A DNA stretch of 63,565 nucleotides, counting the filler, from Choristocarpus tenellus KU-1152 (taxonomy: Eukaryota; Protista; Phaeophyceae): the NCBI GenBank assembly GCA_964200185.2. It is 12 parts of 12 records of this genome, joined end to end, with 100 filler letters (N's around TTAATTAATTAA, not from the genome) between each part and the next. Parts side by side here need not be neighbours in the genome. Positions count along the whole stretch, not along the records: positions 22,931 to 26,457 come from CAXNAD020019448.1; positions 26,558 to 29,837 come from CAXNAD020021068.1; positions 29,938 to 32,817 come from CAXNAD020023974.1; positions 32,918 to 35,556 come from CAXNAD020026048.1; positions 35,657 to 46,304 come from CAXNAD020002806.1; 7 more parts are not named here. One strand, given 5' to 3'. The notes under the pieces are model-generated. The model had not been told where the DNA came from. It saw only the letters and a program-made list of their open reading frames with translations, and ran no database searches. Position numbers and translations under genes: made by a program. Below are positions 24,943 through 36,942 of this stretch, piece after piece; the first letter of the stretch is position 1; each line of letters starts with the position of its first letter.

Positions 24943-26557
24943 GAAAATATTCCGAGTGGACATATATATATATACTGGTGCTTGGTCTGAATAAAAACCC
25001 TGGGGTATACGATGGATGATGAGGGCAAGTCAGCTAAGAAAGGTCCGGTCTGTATACATACATTTGTAAATATATATTTTTGTGTGTGTGTCTATTCTCA
25101 TGCCCACTCAAAGCCCGAAGAATAAAGTCGATGCTATCATCCATTTTTTTCCTCCCAGATTCTTCATCATTGTGTATGGGTTACTACACATGCTTGGTAT
25201 CTTGACATGGATAGTGCATTCTCCAGGTTATTTTATTACTACTTTGCAACAGATCGATCATAGACCTTGCATCAAGCCGAAACATCAAATACAATTGTAA
25301 TTCTTTTTACTCCCTATCCTTCTCAATTTATTGTAATAAAAAAGAAACGCAGTCAAGCCCCCCAAAAAACTAAACAGATATCAGCTCCAGCATCAACGAC
25401 CACAATTTCATCAAGGAGGAGGTGGGCATGTACCCACTAACGGTCACACATCCGAAAAATCACGCCAAGTCTCGCACAACCATCAGCAAGACATAGATAT
25501 CATTATTAGCACCAAAGAGGAATTCTTAGGCCAAACCTCATACCCAACCCAAAGATCCACAGGTAGTGTCACTGTGTGCTTGGTAACTGTGCCCACAACT
25601 TTGTGGCAAGCTGTGGCTGCTTCAGTGTCCTTAGTATACCAGACGTGTATAAACGGTTTGGCTCCCTCCTCCAAACACCTGTACCGTCTGTTTGGATCCT
25701 ATCCAAGTTAAACCGCTTTTCAGCTGAGATTTTATCATATCTCAATTCATCTTGGAGGCATAATTACAATTTTTTGTCAAGTCCTTTTTTTCCGCTTGGT
25801 TTCTTAGCAGAAAATTTCCGAAGTTCTTGAGTAAGTCTGCATTTCCCCATGTGTACCTTGAAACCCGCAAACGGCAGGCTCCATCTCATTGTAGTTGCCT
25901 GGATGATCTCGAATTCACTTCTAATTAAGTCTTCCCTTTAGGACTGGAGGTGATCCTTATGTTTCCGTTTACAGAAACCTGATGCGGCACCGGAGGATTA
26001 TGAAGTCCTAGATTAGAAGCTGGGTATAGTGGTCTATCGGGTCCATGCCGTACACCATACACCAACTGCTTGATCAAATAGTTCTCTATCGTTCTTAATC
26101 AAGAGCCAATGCCCTTGGATTTATTGATGGATCTCCGTAAAGATATCACTACCATCGCTGATTGAGCCTCCATAGATCGAGAAACATTTCATCACGATTA
26201 TGCTTTTCCCCTGCAGCTTCAATCAATGTCTCGTCGATTGGCTCGCAGGGCACTAGGCGGAAAATGATATCTGTTATTGAACTATCCCACACTGGACCCG
26301 CAGCTTTTATGGTGCTTTAATGAAGGACAAAGAACAGCTTGATGTAGATGAGTAAGGTTAATATTAAAAGGGGTCTTGTGGTCTCGATTCCACTGACTGA
26401 GAAGGTGGGTAAGACCAGTGCAGCCTACCATGTGGGATTTGCAACGTCCACATGGATNNNNNNNNNNNNNNNNNNNNNNNNNNNNNNNNNNNNNNNNNNN
26501 NTTAATTAATTAANNNNNNNNNNNNNNNNNNNNNNNNNNNNNNNNNNNNNNNNNNNN

Positions 26558-26993
26558 GGGGGGGTGGGGACGGGCGGGGGGGGGGGGGGGGGGGGGGGGG
26601 GGGAGCAGAAGTCGTAGCAGGAGTAATGGGAGGGGCAGAGCGAGGGATAGGAGCCGTAGCAGGGGGAAGAGTCGGAGTCGGAGTGGTAGTAAGGGGAGGC
26701 GGGACAGGGGGAGGGAGAGGAGGGATCGTGTTAGAGAGAGGACTAGGGATAGAAGCAGGAGCAGGGATAGGGGGAGAGATAAGAGCAGGAGCAGGAGTCG
26801 GGGCAGAGACAGAGGGAAGGAAAGGAGCAGCAGTCGAGATCGCAGGGGGGACAGGGGGCGTGATGTGGGACACCGCAGGGAGTCAGGGAAAGACAGAGAT
26901 CGGGAAGGAAGGCGGGAAGATAGGGAGAGGGGGCGTGATGGTGATAGGAGGGGAGGGGGTAAGAGTGACCGTCACGGGGAGCGTCGTAGGTAG
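26558..26993 (+). CDS. RS/RD-rich C-terminal exon of an SR-related (splicing-factor-like) protein
   Basis: Frame absent from the ORF track: SRSRSRSNGRGRARDRSRSRGKSRSRS...RDRSRSRDRGRDKSRSRSRGRDR...HGERRR, with TAG at 26991-26993. Confidence 0.7.
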
Positions 26994-27702
26994 TTTGTTG
27001 GAGGGAAGAGAGTTGCTTGTTGTGGGGAGGAAGAGAGTTTTGCCCGGTCAGGTGTTGGTTTGTGTGTGAGTTTTATCATTTGTTGGAGGTTTCTGAAAGT
27101 GGTGTGTGGGCAAGGGAGAGAGCGTAACATATTGTGTTATCTCGATTGGCAACAACAAGCCCTGAATGAGGTGAACAAAAAAGCCATTGGTTTAGGAGAG
27201 GGCATTATGCTTAATTTATCTGGGTTGCAGTGGTCTAGGTGCTGTGTGATTGGCATGAAGGACTTGAGATGAAAGGAAAGGGTGTCCCACCAGTCTGATG
27301 TGTAGTTGTGACCCCTAGGGAGCTGACTTGCGTGTTAGGTTTGCATTTGGAAACGATTGGGAATACCTGCAACTTGAAGTCTGCATGAAATTAATAATAT
27401 TAGTTGTTGACAGTAGGAGTAACATGGGTAGAGGGAGGACAGATTCAGGGCAGCAAAGGGAATAAGGTGTATTATGCAACAGAAACCTGTTGAGATAGCT
27501 GATTTCGAAAGCCAGGTCCCCTCCCTGCCAAAGTCTAGGCTTGGTTGGTGTATTCACTTGCACTTTGATCTGATGATTGTGCATGCATCGATTATTTATT
27601 ATTATTATGGTAGATCATTAGTAATAATACGCATTGAATTATCATCTGTGTTCATTTAGGTTCTTCCTAAGCACAGCATACTGGTTCAAAGTATTACTCT
27701 AT

Positions 27703-27945
27703 GAGCCATCCTATCTATGATAGAGAGGAGGGGTCATTGAGTATTGGGACCCATGTGAGTTATTTTGTGTCAATAGCACTCTGGTCAATTTCGCACTTGT
27801 TATGTGGACAAGAAATTGTCTCTTCTTCAGCGGCTTCCTTAGATGCTTTTTAGGAAGAAGAAATTGGGTGTCAGGTAGAACATTTTGCAAGTTCTCAATA
27901 TTCAAATGGGTCTTGATAGATCCCCTTCAAACATATAGGATGTAT
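27703..27945 (+). mobile_element. MITE family D
   Basis: Starts GAGCCATCCTATCT and ends ATAGGATG. Internal AAATTGGGTGTCAG is shared with the copies at 29345 and 39196. Confidence 0.6.
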
Positions 27946-28399
27946 GTAAGAGTTCTTGCGTTTTTTGCATTATTATTTTTTTCTCATTACTACTACTGCA
28001 GGTGTGAGTGTGTGAGAGTGTGTCTGTATGTGTGTGAAGAGTTGATTAGGGGTGATAAGGTTTTTAGGGAATCTCAAAGAGTACTTACTACTTCGAAACA
28101 TACCACGGGTGCTTTGTTTATGGGACCAACTTGAGTGGAATGTAGGCTAGGAAGAGGATTACACAGTACCAACAATGGGAGGCTGCCTACCGCAAGTATG
28201 GTCAATGTTTAAGACTACCAAAAAAAATGTACTGGAAATGTTACAGACCAAATCAATCCTATCCTCGCCTGTCCATGAACAACAAACGAATGTTGCGATG
28301 GCCAAACGTTCCTCTTCGGAGTACATGGTAACATCAGCGTTGAGCGTTACTTTATTTGCAGTGTGTAATTTAGCTTGATCTTCATTGTCAGATGTTGCA

Positions 28400-29100
28400 A
28401 AGCAGTGAAAGTGACGTACGAAGATGTGTAGCCAAAAAAAGAAAAGGATGTAGATACAAGGTCAACTTGAAAAGTAACTCGTAGTGTCTCCACTCAATCG
28501 AATACAAGTCGGGAACAGAGACAACCATACATAACGGAATAATGAAAGAACAGCAAGAAATAAGACTCGAGAGATAGGCCAACCCGTCTTTGTATGATAC
28601 TGCAATACATGCCACCGCCACTACCACCAACAGCATGTGGCCGTGGCAAGTTTCATGCCATGTCAATCATCCACAAAGTTCTTTGGCTTTCATCGCAATT
28701 CATAGATGCATACGCACGTATGTTGTACTGGTCTCTATCATGAATTCTTCTGCAGCAGTCTACAACAGAAAACTAGCAGCGAGTGATGAGTGAAGGCAGA
28801 GATACGCAACAAGCACAAATTGTAGTAAGCACAACAACTAAACAATAAGTCATAAAAGACGAGAGAAATATTGAATAGGTCTTAGGCACATACACCACAC
28901 ACAATTTAGTACCACCAATAAGAAGGAGGTGTGGCCGTGGAAAGTATAGTGTAATGCACATCATTGTAAAGTTGAGCCAAAATAATTGCAAAGTTCTTGG
29001 TCCCCACAGCCACACATTCATTCGCCGTATGATTCGCAATCATTCTTGTAAATGGTACCATCCAGAGCACCAAATAGTATATCTTATATTGAATACTTAA
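28400..29100 (-). pseudogene. Possible degraded WD40-repeat coding remnant
   Basis: Two related segments about 295 bp apart read TFHGHT and TCHGHM...VACIAVSYKDG, resembling the GH start of WD40 repeats. Stops and frameshifts throughout. Confidence 0.25.
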
Positions 29101-29344
29101 AAACCTAGCCAGGTGAGATATATCAGCCAAAAGAATGGAGAACACACTGTCCAGTTCAATAGATTGAATGCACATAGACAAGGTGGACAATACCACTCAG
29201 AACGACTATAGTATCTATTGTATGTAATCCTCTGGACGGGGTTACACTTGGTTTCGTCTTACAGGAGGAGGAACTGCTGACTACCACATCTTGTATCTCG
29301 ATTGATACATCTACAAACTCGTCATAATATGGACAACATTTGTA

Positions 29345-29553
29345 ACCATCCTATATTAGAGGGGGATCTATCTAGCTCATTTCGAGCATGGAGAGCTAGT
29401 AACATCTTAAGTCTGACACCCAATTTCCCATGCCTGAAATATACCTAAACCCCCTTAGAAGGATGTGGCTGTAAAAGATATCTTTCATCACATAAAAAGT
29501 GCAAAATCGAGAGTGCTAGAATCAACCCAAAATTCAGTTAGATAGGATAGCTC
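29345..29553 (-). mobile_element. MITE family D, reverse orientation
   Basis: ACCATCCTATA...AGATAGGATAGCTC flanked by TGTA on both sides (29341-29344, 29554-29557). Confidence 0.65.
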
Positions 29554-29638
29554 TGTATTTTAGAGTACATACTGTTGTGCTACAACATTGCCTGAGAAGG
29601 CATGAAGTATGTTCGTATACACACAGTCAGCCAAGCTA

Positions 29639-29800
29639 GGCTCAAAGTATCTGAGGGGGGGGTCTACACCAGGGTGTCCATTTGGGCCCTGACCAGAACA
29701 AGTGCACTTACAATATCCATCCGTCACATGCAACCTAATCACCCAAAAATCACGACATGGTAAAATGGACCCTGAATGGACAGCCATCACCCCCCCCCCA
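29639..29800 (+). mobile_element. MITE family B (right terminus eroded)
   Basis: GGCTCAAAGTATCTGA, G-run, TCTACACCAGGGTGTCCATTTGGG...TGAATGGACAGCC, C-run. Confidence 0.85.
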
Positions 29801-30151
29801 CCATTCTTTTAGGCGCTACCTAGCTGACTACCTACCANNNNNNNNNNNNNNNNNNNNNNNNNNNNNNNNNNNNNNNNNNNNTTAATTAATTAANNNNNNN
29901 NNNNNNNNNNNNNNNNNNNNNNNNNNNNNNNNNNNNNGAGGTGGTGTTGGGCGGGGGGGGGGGGGGGGGGGGGGGGGGGGTTGTAGTCTTTCAAGAACCC
30001 ACCGTGAGGTCACGCTAAAGTCCCACCACAGTCCCATGGAGTCTACCCATACTACACCATCCGCTGCACGTCCACAAGAAACGCCCTCCCAACACGGTAT
30101 AGAAAAACCTACCCATACTGTGGGAAGTACTTAACCGTTACATGGGCACCC

Positions 30152-30197
<46 letters not shown>

Positions 30198-30210
30198 TAT
30201 ATATATATAA
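30152..30210. repeat. (GTGTAT)n and (AT)n microsatellite
   Basis: Read directly from the sequence. Confidence 0.9.
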
Positions 30211-31741
30211 ACACACACCTTGGAACCGTGAGACTCAATGCTAGTGCTACCCTGCATCTTTCACCCCTGCTTATTCAGTTAATTGTTCTATGATGTCCGT
30301 TGTCCATGGAGTGTCGGAGTTCATCTGCCGTGTGTAGTGGTCCGCTTGTCCACCTACCAGGAAGATTTGCGCGCTCGAGTCCTCGGTTCGTCGTTTACAG
30401 CATTTAAAATAAATAAACAAATGAATTGGTTCTCGAGCTACTGTTCTTTTTTTTTTTTTTTTTTTTTTTTGTTTTGTTTTTTTTTTTTTTTTAGTTTATA
30501 TTTAATAAAAAAGAACAAGAAAGGACGGTAGATTTTAATTTGGATTTNNNNNNNNNNTTTGTGTTTTTGAGTTTAGTGGTGTGTTGGTTTGGTTCTCGGG
30601 CTACTGTTCTTTTTTTTTTTTTTTTTTTTTTCGCGGGTCGGTTTGATTTCTGTTCTGAGATCAAACTGAAGAAAAAAGAACAAGAAAGGACGGAAGATTT
30701 TAATTGGGACTTACTGCAAGTTTAGAAAGTAAAATATAGGTTCTGTCATACTTGCTCACGGTGTCTATTGTCGCCAACAACCCTCGTGCTTGGGGCTGTT
30801 CCTTTTACCCCATAGCACCTATTGCCCAGAGCCATGCTCTGGGCCAGTTCCTCTGTAATGTCTACTGCTGTTGTCCTTTTCGACAGACCCTTGAGTGAAA
30901 AACGGTCTGTACCGTAGGGTGTCTGTTAAGAGCAATGGCCGCGGCCGTTTTATTCGTTGGGTCTGTATTCAGAAAAATAAAATCTCCGTTGTGTTCAATG
31001 GCAGACTGTTCAAGTTGTCTCAGAATACTTTCGTAGTGCTTACGTATTGTGTCTGTGGAGCTCGTTTCAAGTGTGTATGTTTGTGTGTGTGTGTGTGTGT
31101 GTGAGGTCCCTGCCCTGTCAGCTGGTTGCTACATAAGTCATGCATGTGGCATGAGGGATACACTCCTCCCTCAACAGTAGGTAGATTTTTTATCGGCAGA
31201 CACGAAGTTAAGTAGTGGGGAACAGCCGAAGCCTCTGTTGGACTATAAGGCATCATGTGGATACAGTGCGTTCTTCCTGGGCAGGTGGATGATGGACACC
31301 GGTCACATAATTTTTTTTTGTCGTTCTGCATGCGAAAAAGAACGCCTTCCAATTTTTCCCCTCGTGCGTCTGAGAAATAGATTCTGAGCCGAATCTTTTA
31401 GTCACTACCACTATATGTGGAAATGTGATAAGACACTATGATGCAGTGTTCTGTATTTTTTTTAAATCTACGGTGTTATTAACATAACATTGTGTTGAGT
31501 GTTACGTTGTCCAAGGTGTGTAAGTATTTTTCTTTTTATCTGTAAAGTCGTGTGGGGTTGTGTGCCATGCCAAGTTTTGAATTCTTGCTATTAGTGTTAG
31601 TATGTTAGTATTAAAACTGATAGTATCAATAAAAAACATTATATCAGTATTCTAACTTTGTGCTTGTTGACTCACACACTCCTGTTTGTAATATTTGTTT
31701 GGGTTGGGGGGGGGGGGATTGTTGTAATCCTCATAATGAAG

Positions 31742-31905
31742 GTTCGTTCTCTGACAGAGGATCAACGCACATCCCTCATCAAGGATGTGCAAAGCCTGAA
31801 TTTGACACGGTATGTTAGTGAGATTGTGGATGCTGTGGTGGAGGCCAAGGTGAAGACTGCTGATGTGTCTTGTGCTGTTAATCTGTGCTGTAACATGCAC
31901 CAGAG
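31742..31905 (+). CDS. UPF2: Regulator of nonsense transcripts 2 (UPF2), exon from MIF4G domain 1
   Basis: VRSLTEDQRTSLIKDVQSLNLTRYVSEIVDAVVEAKVKTADVSCAVNLCCNMHQR closely matches the conserved UPF2 segment (LNLSKY..E...IVEAKLK..DV..AV.LC...HQRY). Boundaries AAG|GTT and AG|GTGAGT. Confidence 0.9.
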
Positions 31906-32917
31906 GTGAGTGAGGCAGATCTGACTTGGTTGTAGTGCTATTAGTGTAATTGTCCTACACTCTGGGGTGTATGTATCTATGTATGCATTATGTATATGTC
32001 GTGTTGTGATTTTGAAAAAAATTGTTTTGTTGATATTTTTATTTTAGAGGGACAGAGAGGGAGACAAAGAAGATATCTTGGAAGAGTATCAAGCACATTT
32101 TTGTCACTTTTTGAGACATGGACATTGTTGTTCACTGTGATACAATGATTTGAATGTATGTTCACATTCACATTTGAATTCTCATTCACATTCACATTCA
32201 AATTCATGTTCTCTAGTGCTTTTTTTCTTTTAAACCTGGGTTGAGGTTGTTTTCGAAGAGGCTTCGAGTCTCTTTCGGTTTGATAAATTTTGACATGAGA
32301 AGGCACTCACACCTGGACTTAGCCTCCCTAACCCTAGGTACAGATTGATTTTGAAGTACGCCATACTCTGTAATTGCTTTTTCATGTGTGTACTTTCATT
32401 TTTTCAAGGTTAGTTAGTAGTGAAATATCTGGACGTGTGTGCGGTACTGGAGTGTGCCAAAAGTACTCAATGGAGACCAGGTTTTCTATGTAACGATAGC
32501 GTTGGCCATGCGGAAGTACCATCACCCAAGTTAGACCTAACTCTTGCGATGGTACGCTCTTGCTGCTACCTGGTCCTCCTCCTTTGCCCATTCTGAAGTG
32601 ATTCACTACATTTTTTTTGGTTTGAATCGCTGTCGCTCCTTTGTTTATCGTGAGGCAAACTCTGACGCTGATTGATAGAGGTCTCGGTTATGAATCAAAT
32701 GGGTGACGTTGGTGTGTGTACGGGGGGGAGGGGGGGGGGGGTATCAATGCCGATAGTTACGTCTGTTTCATTTTTTTCTCCCTGCTGTCATGTCAGCGCT
32801 TTATGGTTGGGGTTTGGNNNNNNNNNNNNNNNNNNNNNNNNNNNNNNNNNNNNNNNNNNNNTTAATTAATTAANNNNNNNNNNNNNNNNNNNNNNNNNNN
32901 NNNNNNNNNNNNNNNNN

Positions 32918-33198
32918 CCCAAATGGACGCGGCTCTACCCTCTAAGATACTTTGGCTCGGTACGAGTTTTTCCCTGTTTGTCCATTTGGGGCGTGGCTTC
33001 CAATATTTTTTTAAAATGACATTTCCTGATTCAAAATGTTTCGGAGAAGGCCAAATGTATTCGTCATGAAAAGGTGTGTCCGGAACATGGATACTGACAC
33101 TTCCTAACAAACACGATAGCCAAAATTACATCAAAATCGCAACATTGGAATTTGGGCCCCAAATGGATGCGGTTCTACCCTCTAAGATACTTTGGGTC
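32918..33198 (+). mobile_element. MITE A nested in MITE A (inner copy ends 32958, outer copy ends 33198)
   Basis: The inner right TIR (GATACTTTGGCTC) is followed by GGTA-CGAGTTTT, the remainder of the outer left TIR. Confidence 0.85.
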
Positions 33199-34017
33199 GT
33201 GCACATTCTGCAACAAAGGCAAAGTATGCGGGTCTGAAGAAGTGGAGTCTTCCTCTTGTAAGCTTCTATGCCAAACCACACCCACGATGTGACGAATGTG
33301 TTATCGCGACGAGCTGGAATGGTTATCCAAAATAATGAAACCACTGTAGATACACACCAGCGTACTCGCCGTCAAACCGTTTCACTGTCCTCTAAATATG
33401 TGGCAGAAACAGTCGGACTCCACTAGTGGCGTTCAATTTATGCAAAAGAGAGCTATTCCAATAGAGTCGAGCTATTCCAATAGAGTCTTTGTTTTATGTT
33501 GTATGGATTTATTTATTAGCGGAGTGAGCACAGCCCTTGGTGGTGGGGTGCTCTTCCTTATATTATTATCTATTGCGCACGTGATCAGACACGTCAAAAT
33601 GTGTCTGTGTCAGTCGCACTACGCCAGCCACTTACATAGAACAGAATAATAATCCAAATCATCAAGACTCGAACCTGCGACTCACAACACACCAAGTCAT
33701 ATCCTGGACCCTTACTCCACTCCATAAACACTTCTGTTGTGCTTTACTGTTCCCTAAAGATATAAATCCCTATAGACTGCCTAGCCTATATTGCGCACAA
33801 TTCGCTATTCAAACCTCTACACTGACAATAAAAACCACTCTTGGACTAATCAAAACAAAACAGATGCGAGAGGACCGTGCTGGAGCCCGTCAGCGAACTG
33901 TCCTCTGGCGGTTCCTTGGGCAGTTTCAAAAATTTATGTGTCGACGGTACATGTGACAGGTGTGACTGGAAATCTCATCCGATGTTGAAATGCCCTTGTA
34001 TGTTTCGTTTTCTCGCA

Positions 34018-34640
34018 AGAAGAACAGGGTGGACTTCATCCTCGACCAGATCTCCCGTAACTGCAAAGCCTACAGGACTGACCTCAACACCATTCACATC
34101 GACTAGGCGTGGTTCTACCTCATCTGTGAACGAGAGATGGTGCATATGTTCCCGGAGGAGGAAAAGGCGAGCTTGATGAAGGCGCAGCACAAGAGGTACA
34201 TTCGCAAAGTGATGTTCATTTCCGCCGTTTCGGGCCCAGATCCTTCCCATAATTTCGACAGCAAGATCAGGATCTGGAAGGTTTGCCTCACAAAGGAGGA
34301 GCAATGGACTACAGTGTGGCATACCAAGGACGAGGAGTACAAGGTCGACTTCACTGTCAGACGCTGAGTGGTACCTGGAGTGGTACACAGAGTAGCTGTT
34401 GCCGGTGATCAAGGAAAAAATGCCTTGACTGGAATCGGGGGGGGGCTTTATACAGAAGGACGGCGCAACCCCACATACGGGCAAGGCCCGGTGCAGAAGC
34501 TGAACGCAGCAGGGATGGAGGAGGGACGAAACATTAACCTCGTCATGCAGCCAGTGTAGTTGCCGCATCTCAACATCAATGATTTGGGGGGTTTTGCAAG
34601 TCTGAAGAGCAGAGTTTGGGCGGAGTGTTACAGCACCGTT
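34018..34640 (+). pseudogene. Mariner transposase pseudogene, plant-type DD39D-like
   Basis: IHID*AWFY, HKRYIRKVMFISAV..P, FDSKIRIW, IQKDGATPH and QPV*LPHLNINDLGGF correspond to HIDEKWF, KVMFL, FDGKIGIW, QDNA.PH and QPPNSPDLN.LDLG. Several stops and frameshifts; the 3' end is interrupted by MITE A. Confidence 0.85.
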
Positions 34641-35057
34641 GAGTGAGGGTATCTTAGGGGGTATGAGTTTTGCCCCGTTTGTCCATTTGGGGCTTGGCTT
34701 CCCATGGGTTCTTTTTGGCATTTTCCTACTCCAAAAAAGTTTTGGAGTAGGTAAAATGTGTACTTTATGGTGTATTCATGTATGCATTTTAAGTTCATTT
34801 TGTTTTGTGGATGTTGATTCTGAGTGAAAGTACCTTAGAGGGTAGGAGTTTTGCCCTGTTTTTGTCCATTTGGGGTTTAGATTCCCATTGGTGTTTTATG
34901 ACATTTTACCTACTCCGAAATAAGTTGGCAAAATGTCTGTGGAACAAGGATATTGACAATTCCTAACAAATATGATAGCCAAAATTACATCAAACTTTCA
35001 AACTTGGATTTTGGCTTACAAACAAACATGGCTCTACCCTCTAAGATACTTTGACCC
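34641..35057 (+). mobile_element. Two MITE A copies: truncated (34641-~34775) and complete (34822-35057)
   Basis: Both start GAGTGA(GG/AA)GTA. The complete copy has TSD TTCT/ATCT. Confidence 0.85.
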
Positions 35058-35656
35058 ATCTGAAAAAAAAATGTTTACGTACCGAGTTTCGCAATTGTCC
35101 GTCTGTATCCAATCAGGCTACCAGCTTCGACTGTTGTCACACAAATGAACATTTATTGGTGTATGTGTTCCAACCTCAGTCACGATGGTTGTATGACATT
35201 TGCTGAATGTCAGAAAAGTTCATCATGGATCATCTTTCGCTAACCGCAATCATGATGGACTGTGTCACTAAGGTAACGCATCATGCACAACACAGCGACA
35301 CTTTCTGATGTTTGCTTGGCTGGATTGCTTGGCGTATGGACAGGGCAAAACAGACATTATTTTGCTAACCATGTGAACATGGATGGATGTCAGCAGGTAC
35401 TACGCCCAGCGGTATCATGTATGTAATCTTTTCTGTGATTAGAAGGAGAAATGCAGACATTCAAACGACAACAGTCATCACATGGCAATGATCCATAGGT
35501 GTGCGTATGGTATGATGTTGGATCAAAGTATCTTGGGGTGGGGGGGTGGTCTACACNNNNNNNNNNNNNNNNNNNNNNNNNNNNNNNNNNNNNNNNNNNN
35601 TTAATTAATTAANNNNNNNNNNNNNNNNNNNNNNNNNNNNNNNNNNNNNNNNNNNN

Positions 35657-35820
35657 GAGGGGGGGGGGGTTGTGAGGGGGCGTCCGTTTCCGTCAAACAA
35701 CTCTTTTTTTTGTGACATCTCAAATCCGACACGTGCGACCAAATCACACCAAAAACGCGAAAATCGAAAAAAGGGTGAAAAAGGGACGCCGACACCCCCC
35801 CCCCCAGATATTTTGATCCC
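35657..35820 (+). mobile_element. Divergent family-B-related MITE (another B left end at 35520-35556)
   Basis: Internal CCGACACGTGCGACCAAATCAC, then C-run and AGATATTTTGATCCC terminus. Confidence 0.65.
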
Positions 35821-36113
35821 ACAACCCACCCAACCATATACAACCATACATCTACTTTGCTATTTGTAGATCATTTCATAGCAAGCACTGAGTCAATGTA
35901 AACAAGAGGTATCCAGGTTTTGATCGTTTTGCATTTTAAGCCAGTTTTTCAATCTTTTGCCGTTCATCCATATTTCTATTGATGATGTGCTAAGTTTGAC
36001 TTGAGAGCGTAGATTTCCCATTGTTTGAGACTTTTCTCATAAAATATGCTAAACGCATTTGTAAAAAAAAAACGAATTTTGCACGTATTTGCCAGCATCC
36101 TTAAACTGCAACT

Positions 36114-36384
36114 GGTCCATAGTATCCCAGAGGAGCACCAGGCGTCCAGTCGGGACCTGTATGGCCCTGTAGTGATATCATGTCGTACGAGTCAACATGT
36201 CTGATGTAAGGGCAAATTTCCTTCATTTGAACGCACCTTCCTTTTCCATCCCCATGCCTAGACCAAATCTGAAAGAAATTCACTGGCAAAATGGGCATCA
36301 AACTAGGGTATCTTACAACACCTCACTATACCTGGAATGGACCACAGGGCTAAATACCCCTCCCCCTCTAGGATACTATGGGCC
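36114..36384 (+). mobile_element. MITE family C, complete
   Basis: TIRs GGTCCATAGTATCC and GGATACTATGGGCC. Perfect TSD AACT. Confidence 0.9.
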
Positions 36385-36390
36385 AACTCT

Positions 36391-36568
36391 GGTTCAAAGT
36401 ATCTGGGGGGGGGGGTGGCTGTCCATTTGGGGTCCATTTTCCATGTGGCGGTTTTTTGGGTGATTTGATTGCATGCGTCGGATGGATAATGTAAGTTCAC
36501 TTGTCCTTGTCAGGGCTCGAATGAACAATTTGGTGTCGACACCCCCCCCTCCCCAAATACTTTGAGAC
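36391..36568 (-). mobile_element. MITE family B, complete, reverse orientation
   Basis: GGTTCAAAGTATCT, G-run ... C-run, AAATACTTTGAGAC. Confidence 0.88.
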
Positions 36569-36671
36569 TCTGGGTATCTCTTTTAACTCACTGAGCTCAC
36601 AGGGCATTAACAGTACTTCGAAACACCACAGATGTACGATACCCATTCCAGTAACATCAACTTGAAGTTTT

Positions 36672-36942
36672 GGACCATAGTATCCTAGAGAGGGGGGAAG
36701 GCGTCCATTCGGGGCCATTGTGAACCTGTAGTGATTTTCACGTCATCTGAATGGACGTGTCAGATGTAAGAGCAATTCCCTTCATCTGAACGCGCCTTCC
36801 TTTTCCATCCCCCTGCCTGAACCAAATCTGAAGGTAAATCTCCTGCAAAACACTCATCAAACTGGGGGATCTTAGGACACTCCATCAAGCCCTGAATGGA
36901 CAAACATGGGCTAAACACCCCCCCTTAAAAATAGTATGGGCC
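36672..36942 (+). mobile_element. MITE family C, second complete copy
   Basis: GGACCATAGTATCC...ATAGTATGGGCC, TSD TTTT. Body is collinear with 36114-36384. Confidence 0.9.

Noticed and set aside
26502-27069. Pro-rich (-) and Gly-rich (+) ORFs in the track
   Set aside because: Alternative frames of the RS/RD-rich exon.
30420-30710. Direct duplication around poly-T tracts
   Set aside because: The copies straddle a 10-N scaffold gap and the sequence is low quality. Probably an overlap artefact.
10133-31905. Functional clustering of cellulose synthase, SR-like exon and UPF2
   Set aside because: They lie on different contigs joined artificially, so there is no linkage information.
33975-34721. 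248-aa minus-strand ORF as a gene
   Set aside because: Antisense shadow of the mariner pseudogene, starting inside MITE A.
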